Below are positions 34,467 through 35,480 of a stretch of 35,480 nt of DNA, in pieces; the stretch's first letter is position 1, and every line of letters starts with the position of its first letter. Below the pieces are notes generated by a model that had not been told where the DNA came from, ran no database searches, and saw only the letters and a program-made list of their open reading frames with translations. Source of the stretch: Octopus bimaculoides (lineage: Eukaryota); assembly GCF_001194135.2 (NCBI RefSeq), contig NC_068986.1, positions 56,556,736 through 56,592,215 on the forward strand. Reading direction: 5' to 3'. A program made the position numbers and the translations under genes.

Positions 34467-35435
34467 ATATACTAATTTATTCGTATATTTTGTACTATAC
34501 TATATTGCATATATGTTCTACGTATGCATGTATTTTATGTATGTATATATGCAAATATACATATGTATATGTGTACAAACATAGGTATAAATTTTGTTTC
34601 GCTTTTACTTTATTTTATTCCATGAACAGAAATTTTATTTTCCTTTACTTTCTTTTATCCATTATATTAATTTACCCCAGACCGGGCGTTGTGAGTGTTT
34701 ATTGAGCGAAAACACCTAAAGGCCCNNNNNNNNNNNNNNNNNNNNNNNNNNNNNNNNNNNNNNNNNNNNNNNNNNNNNNNNNNNNNNNNNNNNNNNNNNN
34801 NNNNNNNNNNNNNNNNNNNNNNNNNTATACATATATACATACATACATATACATATATATGTGTCTTTGTGTATTCATATATATATATATATGTTGATAT
34901 AAGATATATCTGTCTATATCTATCTATCTGTCTGTCTGTAAGTGCGCCTGTACGCCCGTCCATCTGTCTGTCTGTCTATTTATGAATCTATATGCATATA
35001 TACATGCCTACATACATACACATATACATATACACACTAAAATATATACATATATGTATACCAACGTATACGAGTGTGAGTGTATGTGTTTTTGTGGGTA
35101 TGTGTGTGTGTATACATTATATGTTTTTGTATACAAATCCTAAACGGATACTTACTGTATGACTAAACACCTATGCACGTATGGACATGTCTGTTTTGAC
35201 GCCCGCCCGCACACATAGAACCGCAAGTACACGCGGCTGCATTTATAGGTGCAAACACAGTATATCAGCAAAGGTTCATACATCTTTGTGCATAGCAGTA
35301 CATAGACACATATATACATTACATACATACACATATATGTAAATATACATGTTTCATTGTGTGTGTATATACATATGTATACTCCATTCGGTATACACAC
35401 ACACACATGAACGCACGCATGTATGTAGATGTATG

Positions 35436-35480
<45 letters not shown>
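34300..35480. repeat. Compound TG/TA/TCTG/TACA low-complexity field with a gap
   Basis: Direct reading; interspersed with short unique segments. Confidence 0.85.

Noticed and set aside
28-35406. Long ORFs rich in HT, CV, YI, LS, RE or X
   Set aside because: They are translations of dinucleotide or tetranucleotide microsatellites and N gaps, not genes.

Overview
This is AT-rich, repeat-dense animal genomic DNA with many N gaps, most of them flanked by microsatellites. It is most likely an octopus or other coleoid cephalopod, inferred from the recurrent tRNA-derived SINE family and the extreme TA/CA/GA/TAGA microsatellite load. No host protein-coding gene can be called with confidence; nearly all long ORFs in the track are microsatellite or N artefacts. 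The recognisable content is mobile-element debris: about 11 SINE copies, a Dong-like R4-clade LINE sitting in (TAA)n, a second R4-clade LINE (about 3.7 kb) whose 5' kilobase is inverted, a Penelope-like GIY-YIG remnant, CR1 and RTE 3' fragments, a DD37D (maT) Tc1/mariner and a MITE with about 110-bp arms. The most interesting signals are: (i) four type-I hammerhead-ribozyme-like motifs of Penelope/retrozyme style, three of them 40-100 nt upstream of a (TA)n run and two forming a 378-bp fold-back; (ii) the twin-priming-like 5' inversion in an R4-clade LINE; (iii) an unexplained, degenerate ~80-bp tandem array. All alignments, translations and folds were done by eye.
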